From contig NZ_JABEMC010000001.1 of NCBI RefSeq assembly GCF_013004595.1, positions 372,001-436,000 of the forward strand: 64,000 bases of DNA, written 5' to 3'. Every line of letters begins with the position of its first letter. Position 1 is the stretch's first letter. The notes under the pieces were generated by a model. That model saw nothing but the letters and a program-made list of their open reading frames with translations. It was not told where the DNA came from and made no database searches. The DNA is from Brevibacterium luteolum (lineage in GTDB: Bacteria; Actinomycetota; Actinomycetes; Actinomycetales; Brevibacteriaceae). Shown here in pieces: positions 19,233 to 32,159 of this stretch. A program made the translations under genes and the position numbers.

Positions 19233-20498
19233 ATGGCTGAAATCGAACTCAAGAACATCGTCAAGCGCTACGGCGACGGCTTCCCGGCCGTCAACGACGT
19301 GTCGCTGAGCATCGACAACGGCGAGTTCGTCATCCTCGTCGGCCCCTCCGGCTCCGGCAAGTCGACCCTGCTGCGGATGATCGTCGGCCTGGAGGACATC
19401 ACCGAAGGCGACCTGTTCATCGACGGCAAGCGGGTCAACGACCTGCCGCCGCGCGACCGCGACCTGTCGATGGTGTTCCAGAACTACGCCCTGTACCCGC
19501 ACCTGACGGTGTACGAGAACATCGCCTTCCCGCTGCGACTGAACAAGGAGCACTACGACGAGAACGAGGTGAGCGCGCGCGTCGAGCGCGCGGCGAAGAT
19601 GCTCGAACTCGGCGAGCACCTGCAGCGCAAGCCGGCCAACCTCTCCGGCGGCCAGCGCCAGCGTGTGGCGATGGGCCGGGCGATCGTCCGCGATGCCAAG
19701 GCGTTCCTGTTCGATGAGCCGCTGTCGAACCTCGATGCGAAGCTGCGCGGCCAGATGCGCACGGAGATCGCGCGCATGCAGCGCCAGCTCGGCGTCACCA
19801 CCGTCTACGTCACCCACGACCAGACCGAGGCGATGACGCTCGGCGACAAGGTCGCCGTCCTCAAGCGCGGCGCACTCCAGCAGTACGCCAGCCCGCAGGA
19901 GCTCTACCGCGAGCCGCTCAATCTCTTCGTCGCCGGCTTCATCGGCTCCCCGTCGATGAACTTCCTGCCCGTCGAGTACGTCGACGGCCGCCTCAGCTCG
20001 CCGTTCGGCGACTTCGAGCTGCCGGGCAAGCGGGCCAAGGGCCTGAAGGATGCCCCGCAGCTGCTCATCGCCGGCATCCGGCCCGAGGCCTTCCGCGATG
20101 CCACCCTCATGGACGCCGATGAGCGCGACCGCGGTGCCGTCATCACCGCGAAGGTCGACGTCACCGAATGGCTGGGCAACGAGATCTACGCCTACCTGCC
20201 CTTCGAGCCCAAGCCCGAGGTGCAGGAGGCACTCGACGAACTCGACCGCGACCTCGACGGCGAGGGCATGCGCCCGCAGGTCGTCGCCGCGCTCGAACCG
20301 AGCTCGCAGGTCCGTGAGGGCGATGACGTCGAGCTGTGGTTCGACCCGGCTGATGTCATGGTCTTCAACCCCGAGACAGGCGAGAACCTCACCCGCGATG
20401 AGGACCGCGCCCGCGAGATCAGCAAGCGCGTCGAGGAGCAGCGCAAGCGCGCACTCGAGCGCGCGCAGTCCGAAGAGGGCTCGATCGTCTCGAACTGA
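19233..20498 (+). CDS. Sugar ABC transporter ATP-binding protein (MalK/SugC-like)
   Basis: GPSGSGKST, LSGGQRQR, FDEPLSNLDAKLR. Confidence 0.93.
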   Translation: MAEIELKNIVKRYGDGFPAVNDVSLSIDNGEFVILVGPSGSGKSTLLRMIVGLEDITEGDLFIDGKRVNDLPPRDRDLSMVFQNYALYPHLTVYENIAFPLRLNKEHYDENEVSARVERAAKMLELGEHLQRKPANLSGGQRQRVAMGRAIVRDAKAFLFDEPLSNLDAKLRGQMRTEIARMQRQLGVTTVYVTHDQTEAMTLGDKVAVLKRGALQQYASPQELYREPLNLFVAGFIGSPSMNFLPVEYVDGRLSSPFGDFELPGKRAKGLKDAPQLLIAGIRPEAFRDATLMDADERDRGAVITAKVDVTEWLGNEIYAYLPFEPKPEVQEALDELDRDLDGEGMRPQVVAALEPSSQVREGDDVELWFDPADVMVFNPETGENLTRDEDRAREISKRVEEQRKRALERAQSEEGSIVSN

Positions 20499-20923
20499 CC
20501 TGCAGCCGGCCTCGGCTGCCAACGCGTGAGCGCACCCGGTATCGTGCCGGGTGCGCTTCGCTGTCCGCGCCCGAGGTGTGACGCGCCTGCGTGCGGAAGC
20601 TCACGCGGCGCTGCCCGGTGTGGTAGGGTGCCCGATTTGCCTCCCGGTGAGCGGCTGTGACAGTATAGACAAGTTGCGTTTTGGGCAGATGACCCCTGCA
20701 CTGCGGTCGCTGTGCCGCGAACAGCCCAGAATCGACCGGAAGAATCTGGATGATCCGGGTTCGCTTGCACCGGGCAGCCATTTGATGAATGCGCGTACGT
20801 TCAGCCGGAAGGCAAAGACGACACGCCCGACCTCGGGGGTCGGTCACAGCAAGCCGGCGCAGACCATGCGATCCGTACGGACCATGGTTGATGGCCGGAG
20901 GACCAACAGAAAGAGACGAAGCC

Positions 20924-21232
20924 ATGGCGGGACAGAAGATCCGCATTCGGCTCAAGTCGTACGACCACGCCGTCATCGACAGTGCAGCACGCAAGATCGT
21001 GGACACTGTGACGCGCGCGGGAGCTACGGTTGTGGGCCCAGTGCCGCTGCCGACGGAGAAGAACGTGTACTGCGTCATCCGTTCGCCGCACAAGTACAAG
21101 GACAGCCGCGAGCACTTCGAGATGCGCACCCACAAGCGCCTCATCGACATCGTTGACCCGACGCCGAAGGCCGTCGATTCGCTCATGCGCCTCGACCTTG
21201 CCGATGACGTCAACATCGAGATCAAGCTCTAA
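20924..21232 (+). CDS. rpsJ: 30S ribosomal protein S10
   Basis: [15 protein letters not shown]...[14 protein letters not shown]; start trimmed from ORF 20789. Confidence 0.98.
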   Translation: MAGQKIRIRLKSYDHAVIDSAARKIVDTVTRAGATVVGPVPLPTEKNVYCVIRSPHKYKDSREHFEMRTHKRLIDIVDPTPKAVDSLMRLDLADDVNIEIKL

Positions 21233-21241
21233 GGGGGAGTA

Positions 21242-21916
21242 ATGGCCAACACCCGTTCACAGCCGCTCCCCACCACACGTGCCGTCAAGGGCCTCATGGG
21301 CACCAAGCTCGGCATGACCCAGGTGTGGGACGAAAACGCCAACCTTGTTCCGGTCACTGTGGTCAAGGCTGACGCCAACGTCGTCACCCAGATCCGCAGC
21401 GAAGACGTCGACGGCTACTCGGCCGTCCAGCTCGGCTTCGGTGAGATCGACCCGCGCAAGGTCGACAAGCCGACCTCCGGCCACTTCGAGAAGGCCGGTG
21501 TCGCTCCGCGTCGCCACCTGGTCGAACTGCGCACCTCCGATGCTGCTGAGTATGAACTCGGCCAGGAGCTGGGCATCGACGTGTTCGAGGCCGGCGCCAA
21601 GGTCGACGTGACTGCCACCAGCAAGGGCAAGGGCACCGCTGGTGTCATGAAGCGCCACAACTTCGCCGGTGTCGGAGCCTCGCACGGCCAGCACCGCAAC
21701 CACCGCAAGGCCGGCTCGATCGGCGGGGCTGCTACCCCCGGTCGCGTCTTCAAGGGCATGCGGATGGCCGGACGCATGGGCAATGTGCGCCGCACCACCC
21801 AGAACCTGACGATCCACGCTGTCGACACCGACAACAACCTGCTCCTCATCAAGGGCGCCGTCCCCGGCCCCAAGGGAGCAGTCGTGCTCGTTCGCTCCGC
21901 AGCGAAGGAGGCCTGA
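21242..21916 (+). CDS. rplC: 50S ribosomal protein L3
   Basis: [23 protein letters not shown]10 operon order. Confidence 0.98.
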   Translation: MANTRSQPLPTTRAVKGLMGTKLGMTQVWDENANLVPVTVVKADANVVTQIRSEDVDGYSAVQLGFGEIDPRKVDKPTSGHFEKAGVAPRRHLVELRTSDAAEYELGQELGIDVFEAGAKVDVTATSKGKGTAGVMKRHNFAGVGASHGQHRNHRKAGSIGGAATPGRVFKGMRMAGRMGNVRRTTQNLTIHAVDTDNNLLLIKGAVPGPKGAVVLVRSAAKEA

Positions 21917-21921
21917 GAGAG

Positions 21922-22599
21922 ATGACTGAAACCAAGACCATCGACGTCCTCGACGCCGCCGGCAAGAAGTCCGGATCCGCTGAGCTGCCCGCAGCAGTCT
22001 TCGGCATCCAGACCAATGTGCCGCTCATCCACCAGGTTGTGGTGGCTCAGATGGCTGCCGCACGTCAGGGCACCCACAAGACCAAGACCCGCGCTGAAGT
22101 GCGCGGCGGCGGCCGCAAGCCGTACCGCCAGAAGGGCACCGGCAACGCCCGCCAGGGTTCGATCCGCGCACCGCAGTACGCCGGCGGCGGCATCGTCCAC
22201 GGCCCGGTGCCGCGTGACTACTCGCAGCGCACCCCCAAGAAGATGAAGGCCGCTGCCCTGCGCGGCGCCCTGTCCGACCGCGCCCGCCTCGACCAGATCT
22301 TCGTGGTCAGCGCTCTCGTCGACGGTGAGAAGCCCTCGACGAAGCAGGCACGCGCAGCCCTGGAGAACATCTCGACACGGCCGAACAAGCTCGTGGTGAT
22401 CGAGCGCGGTGATGACCTCACCGAGCGCAGCGTGCGCAACCTGCCCAAGGTTCACGTGCTCACTGCCGAACAGCTCAACACCTACGACGTCCTCATGGCT
22501 GACGACATCGTCTTCACCGAAGCCGCTCTGCAGCGCTTCCTCGACATGTCGGCCGCTAAGAAGACCACGGCTGAGTCCGGTGAGGAGGAAGCCAAATGA
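21922..22599 (+). CDS. rplD: 50S ribosomal protein L4
   Basis: [15 protein letters not shown]. Confidence 0.98.
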   Translation: MTETKTIDVLDAAGKKSGSAELPAAVFGIQTNVPLIHQVVVAQMAAARQGTHKTKTRAEVRGGGRKPYRQKGTGNARQGSIRAPQYAGGGIVHGPVPRDYSQRTPKKMKAAALRGALSDRARLDQIFVVSALVDGEKPSTKQARAALENISTRPNKLVVIERGDDLTERSVRNLPKVHVLTAEQLNTYDVLMADDIVFTEAALQRFLDMSAAKKTTAESGEEEAK

Positions 22600-22895
22600 G
22601 CGTCACGTTCAAGGACCCACGCGACATCATCATCGCGCCCGTCGTGTCTGAGAAGACCTACGCGCTGATGGACGAAGGCAAGTACACCTTCCTGGTGGAC
22701 CCGCGTTCGAACAAGACAGAGATCAAGTACGCAATCGAATCGATCTTCGGTGTCAAGGTGGCATCGGTGAACACCCTCAACCGTGAGGGCAAGCGCCGCC
22801 GCACCCGCACCGGCTGGGGCAAGCGCAATGACACCAAGCGTGCCATCGTCGCCCTCAAGGAAGGTTCGATCGACATTTTCGGCGGATCGCTCTAA
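22596..22895 (+). CDS. rplW: 50S ribosomal protein L23
   Basis: PVVSEK...NKTEIK. Confidence 0.97.
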   Translation: MSVTFKDPRDIIIAPVVSEKTYALMDEGKYTFLVDPRSNKTEIKYAIESIFGVKVASVNTLNREGKRRRTRTGWGKRNDTKRAIVALKEGSIDIFGGSL

Positions 22896-22927
22896 GAGCG
22901 GTCAGACCTGAAGAAGGATAGAGACTC

Positions 22928-23764
22928 ATGGGAATCCGTAAGCACAAGCCGACGACCCCGGGCCGCCGCGGCTCATCGGTCGCCGACTTTGTAGAAGTGA
23001 CCCGGTCTACGCCGGAGAAGTCGCTTCTGCGTCCGCTGCCCAAGAAGGGCGGACGCAACAGCCAGGGACGCATCACGACCCGCCACCAGGGCGGAGGCCA
23101 CAAGCGCCAGTACCGTGTCATCGACTTCCGTCGCCATGACAAGGACGGCGTGCCGGCACGTGTTGCGCACATCGAATACGATCCGAACCGCACGGCTCGC
23201 ATCGCGCTGCTGCACTACGCAGACGGGGAGAAGCGCTACATCATCGCCCCGGACAAGCTCAAGCAGAACGACCGCATCGAAGCCGGACCGTCGGCTGACA
23301 TCAAGCCGGGCAACAACCTCGCACTGCGCAACATCCCGGTCGGTACCGTGGTCCACGCAGTCGAGCTGCGTCCGGGCGGCGGTGCGAAGATCGCCCGCTC
23401 CGCCGGCGCATCGGTTCAGCTCGTCGCCAAGTACGGCCCCTACGCTCAGCTGCGTATGCCGTCGGGCGAAATCCGCAACGTCGACGCCCGCTGCCGTGCC
23501 ACGGTCGGCGAGGTCGGCAACGCCGAGCAGTCCAACATCAGCTGGGGCAAGGCCGGCCGTATGCGGTGGAAGGGCAAGCGCCCGACCGTCCGCGGTGTCG
23601 TCATGAACCCGGTGGACCACCCGCATGGTGGTGGCGAGGGCAAGACCTCCGGTGGCCGTCACCCGGTCAGCCCGTGGGGTCAGCCGGAAGGCCGTACCCG
23701 CCGCCCCAACAAGGAAAGCGACAAGCTCATCGTGCGTCGCCGCCGTACCGGCAAGAAGCGTTGA
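22928..23764 (+). CDS. rplB: 50S ribosomal protein L2
   Basis: [19 protein letters not shown]. Confidence 0.99.
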   Translation: MGIRKHKPTTPGRRGSSVADFVEVTRSTPEKSLLRPLPKKGGRNSQGRITTRHQGGGHKRQYRVIDFRRHDKDGVPARVAHIEYDPNRTARIALLHYADGEKRYIIAPDKLKQNDRIEAGPSADIKPGNNLALRNIPVGTVVHAVELRPGGGAKIARSAGASVQLVAKYGPYAQLRMPSGEIRNVDARCRATVGEVGNAEQSNISWGKAGRMRWKGKRPTVRGVVMNPVDHPHGGGEGKTSGGRHPVSPWGQPEGRTRRPNKESDKLIVRRRRTGKKR

Positions 23765-23779
23765 TAGGGAGCCTGAAAC

Positions 23780-24061
23780 ATGCCTCGTAGTCTGAAAAAG
23801 GGCCCCTTCGTTGACGAGCACCTCTTCAAGAAGGTTGATGCTCAGAACGAAAAGGGCACCAAGAACGTCATCAAGACGTGGTCCCGTCGCTCGATGATCA
23901 TCCCGGACTTCCTGGGACACACGATCGCCGTGCACGACGGACGCAAGCACGTTCCGGTGTTCATCACCGAATCCATGGTCGGGCACAAGCTCGGCGAATT
24001 CGCCCCGACGCGGACGTTCCGCGGCCACGACAAGGACGATCGGAAGGGCAAGCGCCGCTGA
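23780..24061 (+). CDS. rpsS: 30S ribosomal protein S19
   Basis: [12 protein letters not shown]...[11 protein letters not shown]. Confidence 0.99.
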   Translation: MPRSLKKGPFVDEHLFKKVDAQNEKGTKNVIKTWSRRSMIIPDFLGHTIAVHDGRKHVPVFITESMVGHKLGEFAPTRTFRGHDKDDRKGKRR

Positions 24062-24100
24062 GGCGCTGCCTGACGATCGGCAGAGAGAAAGAAGGAAACG

Positions 24101-24484
24101 ATGGAAGCCACGGCGAAAGCACGCTACCTGCGTGTCACGCCTCAGAAGGCTCGTCGCGTCGTTGACCTCATTCGTGGTCAGCAGGCGACCGAAGCCCTCG
24201 CGGTGCTGAAGTTTGCAGAGCAGTCGGCCTCCGAACCGATCTACAAGCTGGTCTCCTCCGGCATCGCCAATGCGCGTGTCAAGGCAGACAAGCTCGGTGA
24301 GGCCTTCAACGAAGACGACCTGGTCATCTCCGAAGCATTCGTAGATGAAGGACCGATCATGAAGCGGTTCCGCCCGCGTGCCCAGGGGCGCGCCGGTCGC
24401 ATCAACAAGCGCACCAGCCACATCACCGTGGTGCTCGCATCCGGTGATGACGCCAGCGCTGACGGACGGAAGGAAGACCGCTGA
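24101..24484 (+). CDS. rplV: 50S ribosomal protein L22
   Basis: RPRAQGRA...KRTSHITV. Confidence 0.98.
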   Translation: MEATAKARYLRVTPQKARRVVDLIRGQQATEALAVLKFAEQSASEPIYKLVSSGIANARVKADKLGEAFNEDDLVISEAFVDEGPIMKRFRPRAQGRAGRINKRTSHITVVLASGDDASADGRKEDR

Positions 24485-25305
24485 TGGGCCAGAAGATCAA
24501 TCCCAATGGATTCCGTCTCGGAATCACCACCGACCACAAGTCCAAGTGGTTCGCCGACTCGACCAAGCCGGGTCAGCGCTACAAGGACTACGTCGGTGAA
24601 GACGTCAAGATCCGCGCGATGCTCTCCGATGGACTCGAGCGCGCCGGCATCTCGAAGGTCAACATCGAGCGCACCCGCGACCGTGTGCGCGTCGACATCC
24701 ACACCGCCCGCCCGGGCATCGTCATCGGGCGTCGCGGCGCGGAAGCCGACCGCATCCGCGGCAAGCTCGAGAAGCTGACCGGCAAGCAGATCCAGCTCAA
24801 CATCCTCGAGGTCAAGAACCCCGAGATCGACGCACAGCTCGTCGCCCAGGGTGTTGCCGAGCAGCTCGCCAGCCGCGTGGCCTTCCGCCGCGCAATGCGC
24901 AAGGCGATCCAGTCGGCACAGCGCGCTGGCGCCAAGGGCATCCGCGTGCAGTGCTCGGGCCGCCTCGGCGGTGCTGAGATGAGCCGTTCGGAGTTCTACC
25001 GCGAAGGCCGTGTGCCGCTGCACACCCTGCGCGCGAACATCGACTTCGGCCTGTACGAAGCGCACACCACCTTCGGCCGCATCGGCGTGAAGGTCTGGAT
25101 CTACAAGGGCGACATGACCGACAAGGAGCTCGCCGCACAGGAAGCTGCACAGCCGAGCCCCCGCGGAGGACGCGGTGGACGCGGCGGTCGCGGTGGACGC
25201 GGCGGTCGCGGTCGCGGCGGCGAACGTCGCAACGACGCCCAGCAGAAGAAGAACGACAACACTGCCGACGCAGCTCCGGCTGCACAGGCCGGATCGGAGG
25301 GCTGA
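24484..25305 (+). CDS. rpsC: 30S ribosomal protein S3
   Basis: [26 protein letters not shown]-rich tail. Confidence 0.98.
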   Translation: MGQKINPNGFRLGITTDHKSKWFADSTKPGQRYKDYVGEDVKIRAMLSDGLERAGISKVNIERTRDRVRVDIHTARPGIVIGRRGAEADRIRGKLEKLTGKQIQLNILEVKNPEIDAQLVAQGVAEQLASRVAFRRAMRKAIQSAQRAGAKGIRVQCSGRLGGAEMSRSEFYREGRVPLHTLRANIDFGLYEAHTTFGRIGVKVWIYKGDMTDKELAAQEAAQPSPRGGRGGRGGRGGRGGRGRGGERRNDAQQKKNDNTADAAPAAQAGSEG

Positions 25306-25307
25306 TC

Positions 25308-25724
25308 ATGCTGATCCCTCGCCGAGTGAAATACCGCAAGCAGCACCACCCCAAGCGGCGTGGACTGGCGACCGGCGGCACGACCGTGGCGTTCGGTGAC
25401 TACGGCATCCAGGCTCTCGAGCCGGCCTACGTCACCAACCGTCAGATCGAGGCTGCGCGTATCGCCATGACCCGTCACATCAAGCGTGGCGGCAAGGTCT
25501 GGATCAACATCTACCCGGACCGCCCGCTGACCAAGAAGCCGGCCGAAACCCGTATGGGTTCCGGTAAGGGCTCGCCGGAGTGGTGGGTTGCAAACGTCAA
25601 GCCGGGTCGCATCATGTTTGAGATCGCCGGCGTTTCGGAAGAAGTGGCACGCGAGGCCCTGCGCCTGGCCATCCACAAGCTTCCGCTCAAGGCTCGCATC
25701 GTGTCGCGTGAAGGTGGTGAATGA
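25308..25724 (+). CDS. rplP: 50S ribosomal protein L16
   Basis: [12 protein letters not shown]. Confidence 0.99.
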   Translation: MLIPRRVKYRKQHHPKRRGLATGGTTVAFGDYGIQALEPAYVTNRQIEAARIAMTRHIKRGGKVWINIYPDRPLTKKPAETRMGSGKGSPEWWVANVKPGRIMFEIAGVSEEVAREALRLAIHKLPLKARIVSREGGE

Positions 25725-25978
25725 CAATGGCGATCGGTTCCAAGGAACTCAACATGGACGCCCTCGACGGCTTCGACAATGACCGTCTTGTCGAAGAACT
25801 GAAGAAGGCCAAGGCCGAACTGTTCAACCTCCGGTTCCAGTCCGCCACTGGTCAGCTCGAAAGCCACGGACGCCTCAAGGCTGTCCGGCGCGACATCGCA
25901 CGGATCTACACCGTGTTGCGTGAGCGCGAGCTCGAGATCCGCTCGAACCCGGCAGCTGCCAAGGAAGAGGATAAGTAA
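25721..25978 (+). CDS. rpmC: 50S ribosomal protein L29
   Basis: ELFNLRFQ...RRDIARIYT; start may be 25727. Confidence 0.96.
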   Translation: MTMAIGSKELNMDALDGFDNDRLVEELKKAKAELFNLRFQSATGQLESHGRLKAVRRDIARIYTVLRERELEIRSNPAAAKEEDK

Positions 25979-26274
25979 TGGCCGAGCAGAAGACTCAGCC
26001 GGCACAGGCTGAAGCCGCTCCGGAACGCGGGTCGCGCAAGACCGCTCGCGGCTACGTCGTTTCGGACAAGATGAACAAGACCATCGTCGTCGAGGTCGAA
26101 GACCGCAAGATGCACCGCCTCTACGGCAAGATCATGCGCACGACGAGCAAGCTCAAGGCACACGACGAGGACAACACCGCCGGCATCGGCGACCTCGTCC
26201 GCATTGCCGAGACCCGTCCGCTGTCAGCCACCAAGCGCTGGCGTCTCGTTGAAATCATCGAGCGCGCCAAGTAA
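25978..26274 (+). CDS. rpsQ: 30S ribosomal protein S17
   Basis: VVSDKMNKT...[11 protein letters not shown]. Confidence 0.98.
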   Translation: MAEQKTQPAQAEAAPERGSRKTARGYVVSDKMNKTIVVEVEDRKMHRLYGKIMRTTSKLKAHDEDNTAGIGDLVRIAETRPLSATKRWRLVEIIERAK

Positions 26275-26293
26275 GATGGTGTGGTTTGCTCGT

Positions 26294-26320
26294 CGAGGCA
26301 CCGGTTTACCCGGTGCCTCG
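26294..26320 (+). terminator. Hairpin at end of S10 operon
   Basis: CGAGGCACCGG-tttac-CCGGTGCCTCG 11-bp stem. Confidence 0.55.
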
Positions 26321-26470
26321 GCGGGCGTCCAGCTCAGCTGAAGCCCCATCACCCTCCCGGTCCCGCCTTATCCGCGGCGGCCACCGGGCTTGGGGCGGAC
26401 ATCAAGTAAACAGACGTTCCGTCAGGCTCATCAGATCGGTGAGAACCGACGCGACGACAGGAGAGAACAA

Positions 26471-26839
26471 GTGATCCAGCAGGAGTCGCGACTCAAAGTC
26501 GCCGACAACACCGGTGCCAAGGAGATCCTGGCCATCCGGATTCTCGGCGGTTCAGGTCGACGTTACGCCGGAATCGGCGACACCATCGTCGCCACCGTCA
26601 AGGACGCTATTCCCGGTGGCAACGTCAAGAAGGGCGATGTGGTCAAGGCCGTCATCGTCCGCACCCGCAAGGAACGCCGTCGCAACGACGGCTCGTACAT
26701 TTCGTTCGACGAGAACGCAGCTGTCATCCTCAAGACCGACGGCGAGCCCCGTGGAACCCGTATCTTCGGACCGGTCGGTCGCGAGCTGCGCGACAAGAAG
26801 TTCATGAAGATCATCTCGCTCGCTCCGGAGGTGCTGTGA
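26471..26839 (+). CDS. rplN: 50S ribosomal protein L14
   Basis: GTG start after [20 protein letters not shown]...SLAPEVL. Confidence 0.98.
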   Translation: MIQQESRLKVADNTGAKEILAIRILGGSGRRYAGIGDTIVATVKDAIPGGNVKKGDVVKAVIVRTRKERRRNDGSYISFDENAAVILKTDGEPRGTRIFGPVGRELRDKKFMKIISLAPEVL

Positions 26840-26841
26840 GT

Positions 26842-27210
26842 ATGGCGAACAAGCTCAAGATCAAGAAGGGCGACCTCGTCCAGGTCATCTCGGGTGCTCG
26901 TCAGGAGCGCGGGGGCGACCGCGGCAAGCAGGGCAAGGTTCTGGCTGTCTTCCCGGACACCAACCGTGTCCTCGTCGAAGGCGTCAACCGCGTGAGCAAG
27001 CACAAGCGCGCCGGACAGACCGCCTCGGGCGCAACCGCCGGCGGCATCGAGATCCACGAAGCGCCGATCCACATTTCCAACGTCATGCTCGTCGACCCGA
27101 CGGACAACAAGCCGACTCGCGTGGGATACCGCGAAGAGGTCGTTGACCGCGATGGTCGCAAGCGCACCGTGCGGGTCCGCATCTCGCGCCGGACCGGGGA
27201 GGACATCTGA
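26842..27210 (+). CDS. rplX: 50S ribosomal protein L24
   Basis: [20 protein letters not shown]. Confidence 0.97.
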   Translation: MANKLKIKKGDLVQVISGARQERGGDRGKQGKVLAVFPDTNRVLVEGVNRVSKHKRAGQTASGATAGGIEIHEAPIHISNVMLVDPTDNKPTRVGYREEVVDRDGRKRTVRVRISRRTGEDI

Positions 27211-27782
27211 TGACTGACACCACTGTGCAGAACCGTCCCCTGCCGCGTCTCAAGCAGGTCTACCGCGAAGAGATCGTGGCAAAGCTGCAGGACGAGTTCG
27301 GCTACGCCAACCCGATGCAGGTTCCGACGCTGACCAAGGTCGTCGTCAACATGGGTGTCGGAGACGCCGCCCGTGACTCGAAGCTCATCGAAGGCGCGAT
27401 CCGCGACCTGACCCTCATCACCGGTCAGAAGCCGGTCGTGACGAAGGCCAAGAAGTCGATCGCCCAGTTCAAGCTGCGTGAAGGACAGCCCATCGGCGCA
27501 CACGTCACCATGCGCGGCGCCCGCATGTGGGAGTTCCTCGACCGCGTCGTCTCGCTGGCTCTGCCGCGTATCCGCGACTTCCGCGGGCTCTCGGACCGCC
27601 AGTTCGACGGCAACGGCAACTACACGTTCGGCCTGACCGAGCAGTCGATGTTCCACGAGATCAACCAGGATGCCATCGACCGCGTGCGCGGCATGGACAT
27701 CACGGTTGTCACCACCGCCAAGACCGACGACGAAGGCCGTGCGCTGCTCCGCCACCTCGGCTTCCCGTTCAAGACCAACTAA
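27210..27782 (+). CDS. rplE: 50S ribosomal protein L5
   Basis: [16 protein letters not shown]. Confidence 0.99.
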   Translation: MTDTTVQNRPLPRLKQVYREEIVAKLQDEFGYANPMQVPTLTKVVVNMGVGDAARDSKLIEGAIRDLTLITGQKPVVTKAKKSIAQFKLREGQPIGAHVTMRGARMWEFLDRVVSLALPRIRDFRGLSDRQFDGNGNYTFGLTEQSMFHEINQDAIDRVRGMDITVVTTAKTDDEGRALLRHLGFPFKTN

Positions 27783-27848
27783 GCACTACGTTGCAGGTCC
27801 GGCCGGACACCCGGCAGGAAACCGCAACGAGGAAGGGCAGAAGCCCAC

Positions 27849-28247
27849 ATGACAATGACTGATCCCGTCGCAGACATGCTTACGCGTCTGCGCAACGCCA
27901 ACTCGGCGTATCACGAGGATGTCAGCATGCCGTACAGCAAGCTGAAGTCCAGCATCGCCGAGATCCTCAAGGCAGAGGGCTTCATCGCAGACTGGAGCGT
28001 CGAAGACGCCGAGGTCGGCAAGAAGCTCATGCTCGACCTGAAGTTCGGTCCGAACCGTGAGCGTTCGATCGCCGGTCTGCGCCGCATCTCGAAGCCGGGT
28101 CTGCGGGTCTACGCCAAGTCCACCAACCTCCCGAAGGTCCTCGGTGGTCTGGGCATCGCGATCCTGTCGACCTCCTCGGGTCTGCTCACTGACAAGCAAG
28201 CCGCAAAGAAGGGCGTGGGCGGAGAAGTCCTCGCCTACGTCTGGTAA
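27849..28247 (+). CDS. rpsH: 30S ribosomal protein S8
   Basis: [20 protein letters not shown]. Confidence 0.99.
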   Translation: MTMTDPVADMLTRLRNANSAYHEDVSMPYSKLKSSIAEILKAEGFIADWSVEDAEVGKKLMLDLKFGPNRERSIAGLRRISKPGLRVYAKSTNLPKVLGGLGIAILSTSSGLLTDKQAAKKGVGGEVLAYVW

Positions 28248-28264
28248 GGGAAGGAGAGCAAGCA

Positions 28265-28801
28265 ATGTCACGTATTGGCAAGCAGCCGATCTCCGTTCCG
28301 TCTGGTGTTGAGGTCAACATCAACGGCCCCGAGCTCGACGTCAAGGGACCGAAGGGCAACCTCTCGGTCACCATCCCGGAGCCTATCTCGGTGAAGCTCG
28401 ACGACGGCACGCTGACCGTCGAGCGCCCCAACGATGAGCGCGAGTCCCGTGCCCTGCACGGCCTGACCCGCACCCTGATCAACAATCAGATCATCGGCGT
28501 CACCGAGGGCTACTCCAAGCAGCTCGAGATCGTCGGCACCGGTTACCGTGTGCAGGCCAAGGGCCAGAACCTCGAGTTCTCCCTCGGCTACAGCCACACG
28601 ATCACCTTCGAACCGCCGGAGGGCATCACCTTCCAGGTCGAGGGATCGAACAAGGTGACCGTCACCGGCATCGACAAGCAGCTCGTCGGAGAGACCGCAG
28701 CGAACATCCGCAAGCTGCGCAAGCCGGAGCCCTACAAGGGCAAGGGCGTGCGCTACGCCGGCGAACAGATTCGCCGCAAGGTTGGAAAGGCTGGTAAGTA
28801 A
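28265..28801 (+). CDS. rplF: 50S ribosomal protein L6
   Basis: [16 protein letters not shown]. Confidence 0.99.
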   Translation: MSRIGKQPISVPSGVEVNINGPELDVKGPKGNLSVTIPEPISVKLDDGTLTVERPNDERESRALHGLTRTLINNQIIGVTEGYSKQLEIVGTGYRVQAKGQNLEFSLGYSHTITFEPPEGITFQVEGSNKVTVTGIDKQLVGETAANIRKLRKPEPYKGKGVRYAGEQIRRKVGKAGK

Positions 28802-28803
28802 TC

Positions 28804-29184
28804 ATGGCCTTCGGAATGAAGAAGAGCTACGGCAAGGGCAAGGCTGCCGCTCGTGCCCGCCGCCACGCTCGCCTGCGCAAGCACATCTCCGGCACCGCCG
28901 AACGTCCGCGCCTCGTCGTGAACCGTTCGTCGCGGCACATGTTCGTCCAGGTCGTCGACGACTCCGTCGGCAAGACGCTCGCCTCGGCCTCGACCATGGA
29001 AGCCGATCTGCGCGCATCGAGCGACGACAAGACCGCAAAGGCTCGCAAGGTTGGCGAACTCGTCGCCGAGCGTGCGAAAGCAGCCGGTATCGAGGCTGTC
29101 GTGTTCGACCGTGGCGGCAACGCCTACCACGGTCGCGTGGCAGCGATCGCCGAGGGTGCCCGTGAAGGAGGACTGTCCCTGTGA
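28804..29184 (+). CDS. rplR: 50S ribosomal protein L18
   Basis: [18 protein letters not shown]. Confidence 0.98.
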   Translation: MAFGMKKSYGKGKAAARARRHARLRKHISGTAERPRLVVNRSSRHMFVQVVDDSVGKTLASASTMEADLRASSDDKTAKARKVGELVAERAKAAGIEAVVFDRGGNAYHGRVAAIAEGAREGGLSL

Positions 29185-29840
29185 GCACTGAAGAGAACAA
29201 GGACCAGCAGGTCACCAGCACCGAGAACGCCCCGAAGCAGGACGATCAGCGCGGCCGTGGCCGCGGTCGTGGTCGCGGTGAAGGCGGCGGACGTCGCGGC
29301 GGTCGTGGAGACCGTGACGACAAGAACCAGTTCATCGAGCACGTCGTGACCATCAACCGTGTGTCGAAGGTCGTCAAGGGCGGACGTCGTTTCTCGTTCA
29401 CCGCTCTCGTCGTCGTCGGCGACGGTGACGGCATGGTCGGCATGGGCTACGGCAAGGCGAAGGAAGTTCCCGCGGCCATTGCCAAGGGTGTCGAGGAGGC
29501 GAAGAAGAACTTCTTCCGCGTCCCGCGCATCCAGAAGACCATCCCGCACCCGGTGCAGGGCGAAGACGCCGCTGGCGTCGTCCTCCTGCGTCCGGCCGCA
29601 CCGGGTACCGGTGTGATCGCCGGTGGTCCGGTCCGCGCCGTCCTCGACTGCGCAGGCATCCACGACATCCTCTCGAAGTCCCTGGGCTCGGCCAACGCGA
29701 TCAACATCGTGCACGCGGCCATCGCAGCCCTCAAGGGCCTCGAGCGTCCTGAGGAAGTGGCAGCACGCCGCGGACTCCCGGTCGACGAAGTTGCACCGCA
29801 CGCCATGCTGCGGGCTGCTGAAAGCGGGGCGAACGCGTAA
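29181..29840 (+). CDS. rpsE: 30S ribosomal protein S5
   Basis: [15 protein letters not shown]. Confidence 0.99.
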   Translation: MSTEENKDQQVTSTENAPKQDDQRGRGRGRGRGEGGGRRGGRGDRDDKNQFIEHVVTINRVSKVVKGGRRFSFTALVVVGDGDGMVGMGYGKAKEVPAAIAKGVEEAKKNFFRVPRIQKTIPHPVQGEDAAGVVLLRPAAPGTGVIAGGPVRAVLDCAGIHDILSKSLGSANAINIVHAAIAALKGLERPEEVAARRGLPVDEVAPHAMLRAAESGANA

Positions 29841-30022
29841 TGGCACAGCTGAAGATTACCCAGGTCAAATCGACAATCGGTGGCAAGCAGAACCAGCGCG
29901 ATACGCTGCGGACCCTCGGTCTCAAGCGGATCAACGATTCTGTCACGCGTGAGGACAGCCCGGAAGTCCGCGGCATGGTCAACACCGTGCGCCACCTGGT
30001 CACATGTGAAGAGGTGGACTGA
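29840..30022 (+). CDS. rpmD: 50S ribosomal protein L30
   Basis: 60 aa; KITQVKS...LGL. Confidence 0.97.
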   Translation: MAQLKITQVKSTIGGKQNQRDTLRTLGLKRINDSVTREDSPEVRGMVNTVRHLVTCEEVD

Positions 30023-30023
30023 A

Positions 30024-30476
30024 ATGGCAGATGAGAAGGCACTCAAGCTCCACCATCTGCGTCCTGCTCCCGGCTCCAACACCGCCAAGACCCGCGTGGG
30101 TCGCGGTGAGGCGTCGAAGGGCAAGACCGCCGGTCGCGGCACCAAGGGCACCAAGGCCCGCTACCAGGTGCCGCACGGCTTCGAAGGTGGACAGACCCCG
30201 CTGCACATGCGCCTGCCGAAGCTGCGCGGCTTCAAGAACCCGAACAAGGTTCACTACCAGGTTGTCAATCTCGACAAGCTGTCGTCGCTCTTCCCCAACG
30301 GCGGAGACGTGACGGTTGAAGACCTCGTCGCCAAGGGCGCAGTGCGCGCCAACCAGCCGGTCAAGGTGCTCGGCACCGGAGAGATCTCCGTGGCCGTGAA
30401 CATCACCGCTGACAAGTTCTCCGGCTCTGCAGCCGAGAAGATCGCAGCGGCCGGCGGCTCGACCACGACGCGCTGA
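30024..30476 (+). CDS. rplO: 50S ribosomal protein L15
   Basis: [24 protein letters not shown]; start trimmed from ORF 29880. Confidence 0.97.
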   Translation: MADEKALKLHHLRPAPGSNTAKTRVGRGEASKGKTAGRGTKGTKARYQVPHGFEGGQTPLHMRLPKLRGFKNPNKVHYQVVNLDKLSSLFPNGGDVTVEDLVAKGAVRANQPVKVLGTGEISVAVNITADKFSGSAAEKIAAAGGSTTTR

Positions 30477-30516
30477 GGATCCGTCCTCACCGTCTGAAGA
30501 GCCACGCTCTGAGATG

Positions 30517-30551
30517 AAGAGGGAGGTCCGCCCCGTGCGGGCCTCCCTCTT
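30517..30551 (+). terminator. Terminator hairpin after rplO
   Basis: AAGAGGGAGG...CCTCCCTCTT inverted repeat. Confidence 0.65.
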
Positions 30552-30732
30552 GTCGTCTCCGACCACGGCAGCCGAGCCCTGTCTCCGCGCCGAAATTCTC
30601 GCTTTCCGATTGCTCTCTGGCAGGCGAGTCCTGATAAGGTCGGTCAGGTACTAAATGACTTGAACGTATTCTCGGGCCCGTGAGCAGCCACCGCTGCCTG
30701 CCTGCCCGAGGTGAAGATCCCCAGGAGGACGC

Positions 30733-32034
<1,302 letters not shown>

Positions 32035-32159
32035 TCGCCGGGGCTGCGGCGCCCGCCCGGGCTGCCGTGCCCGAGGCGGTGGGCGCCCAGGTGCCCCGCC
32101 GCCGGACCGGCCGGCTGGCCGGTCGTAGAATGGGGGCACACTCCTATGAAAGGAAGCAC

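Noticed and set aside
25168..25221. Tandem GGR-coding repeats in rpsC, and similar in rpsE
   Set aside because: Ordinary low-complexity RGG tails of actinobacterial ribosomal proteins
26415..26460. Structured-looking leaders upstream of rplN, rpsH (27793-27840) and rpsM (41095-41114)
   Set aside because: Plausible ribosomal-protein leaders, but I cannot assign a family or boundaries without a covariance search
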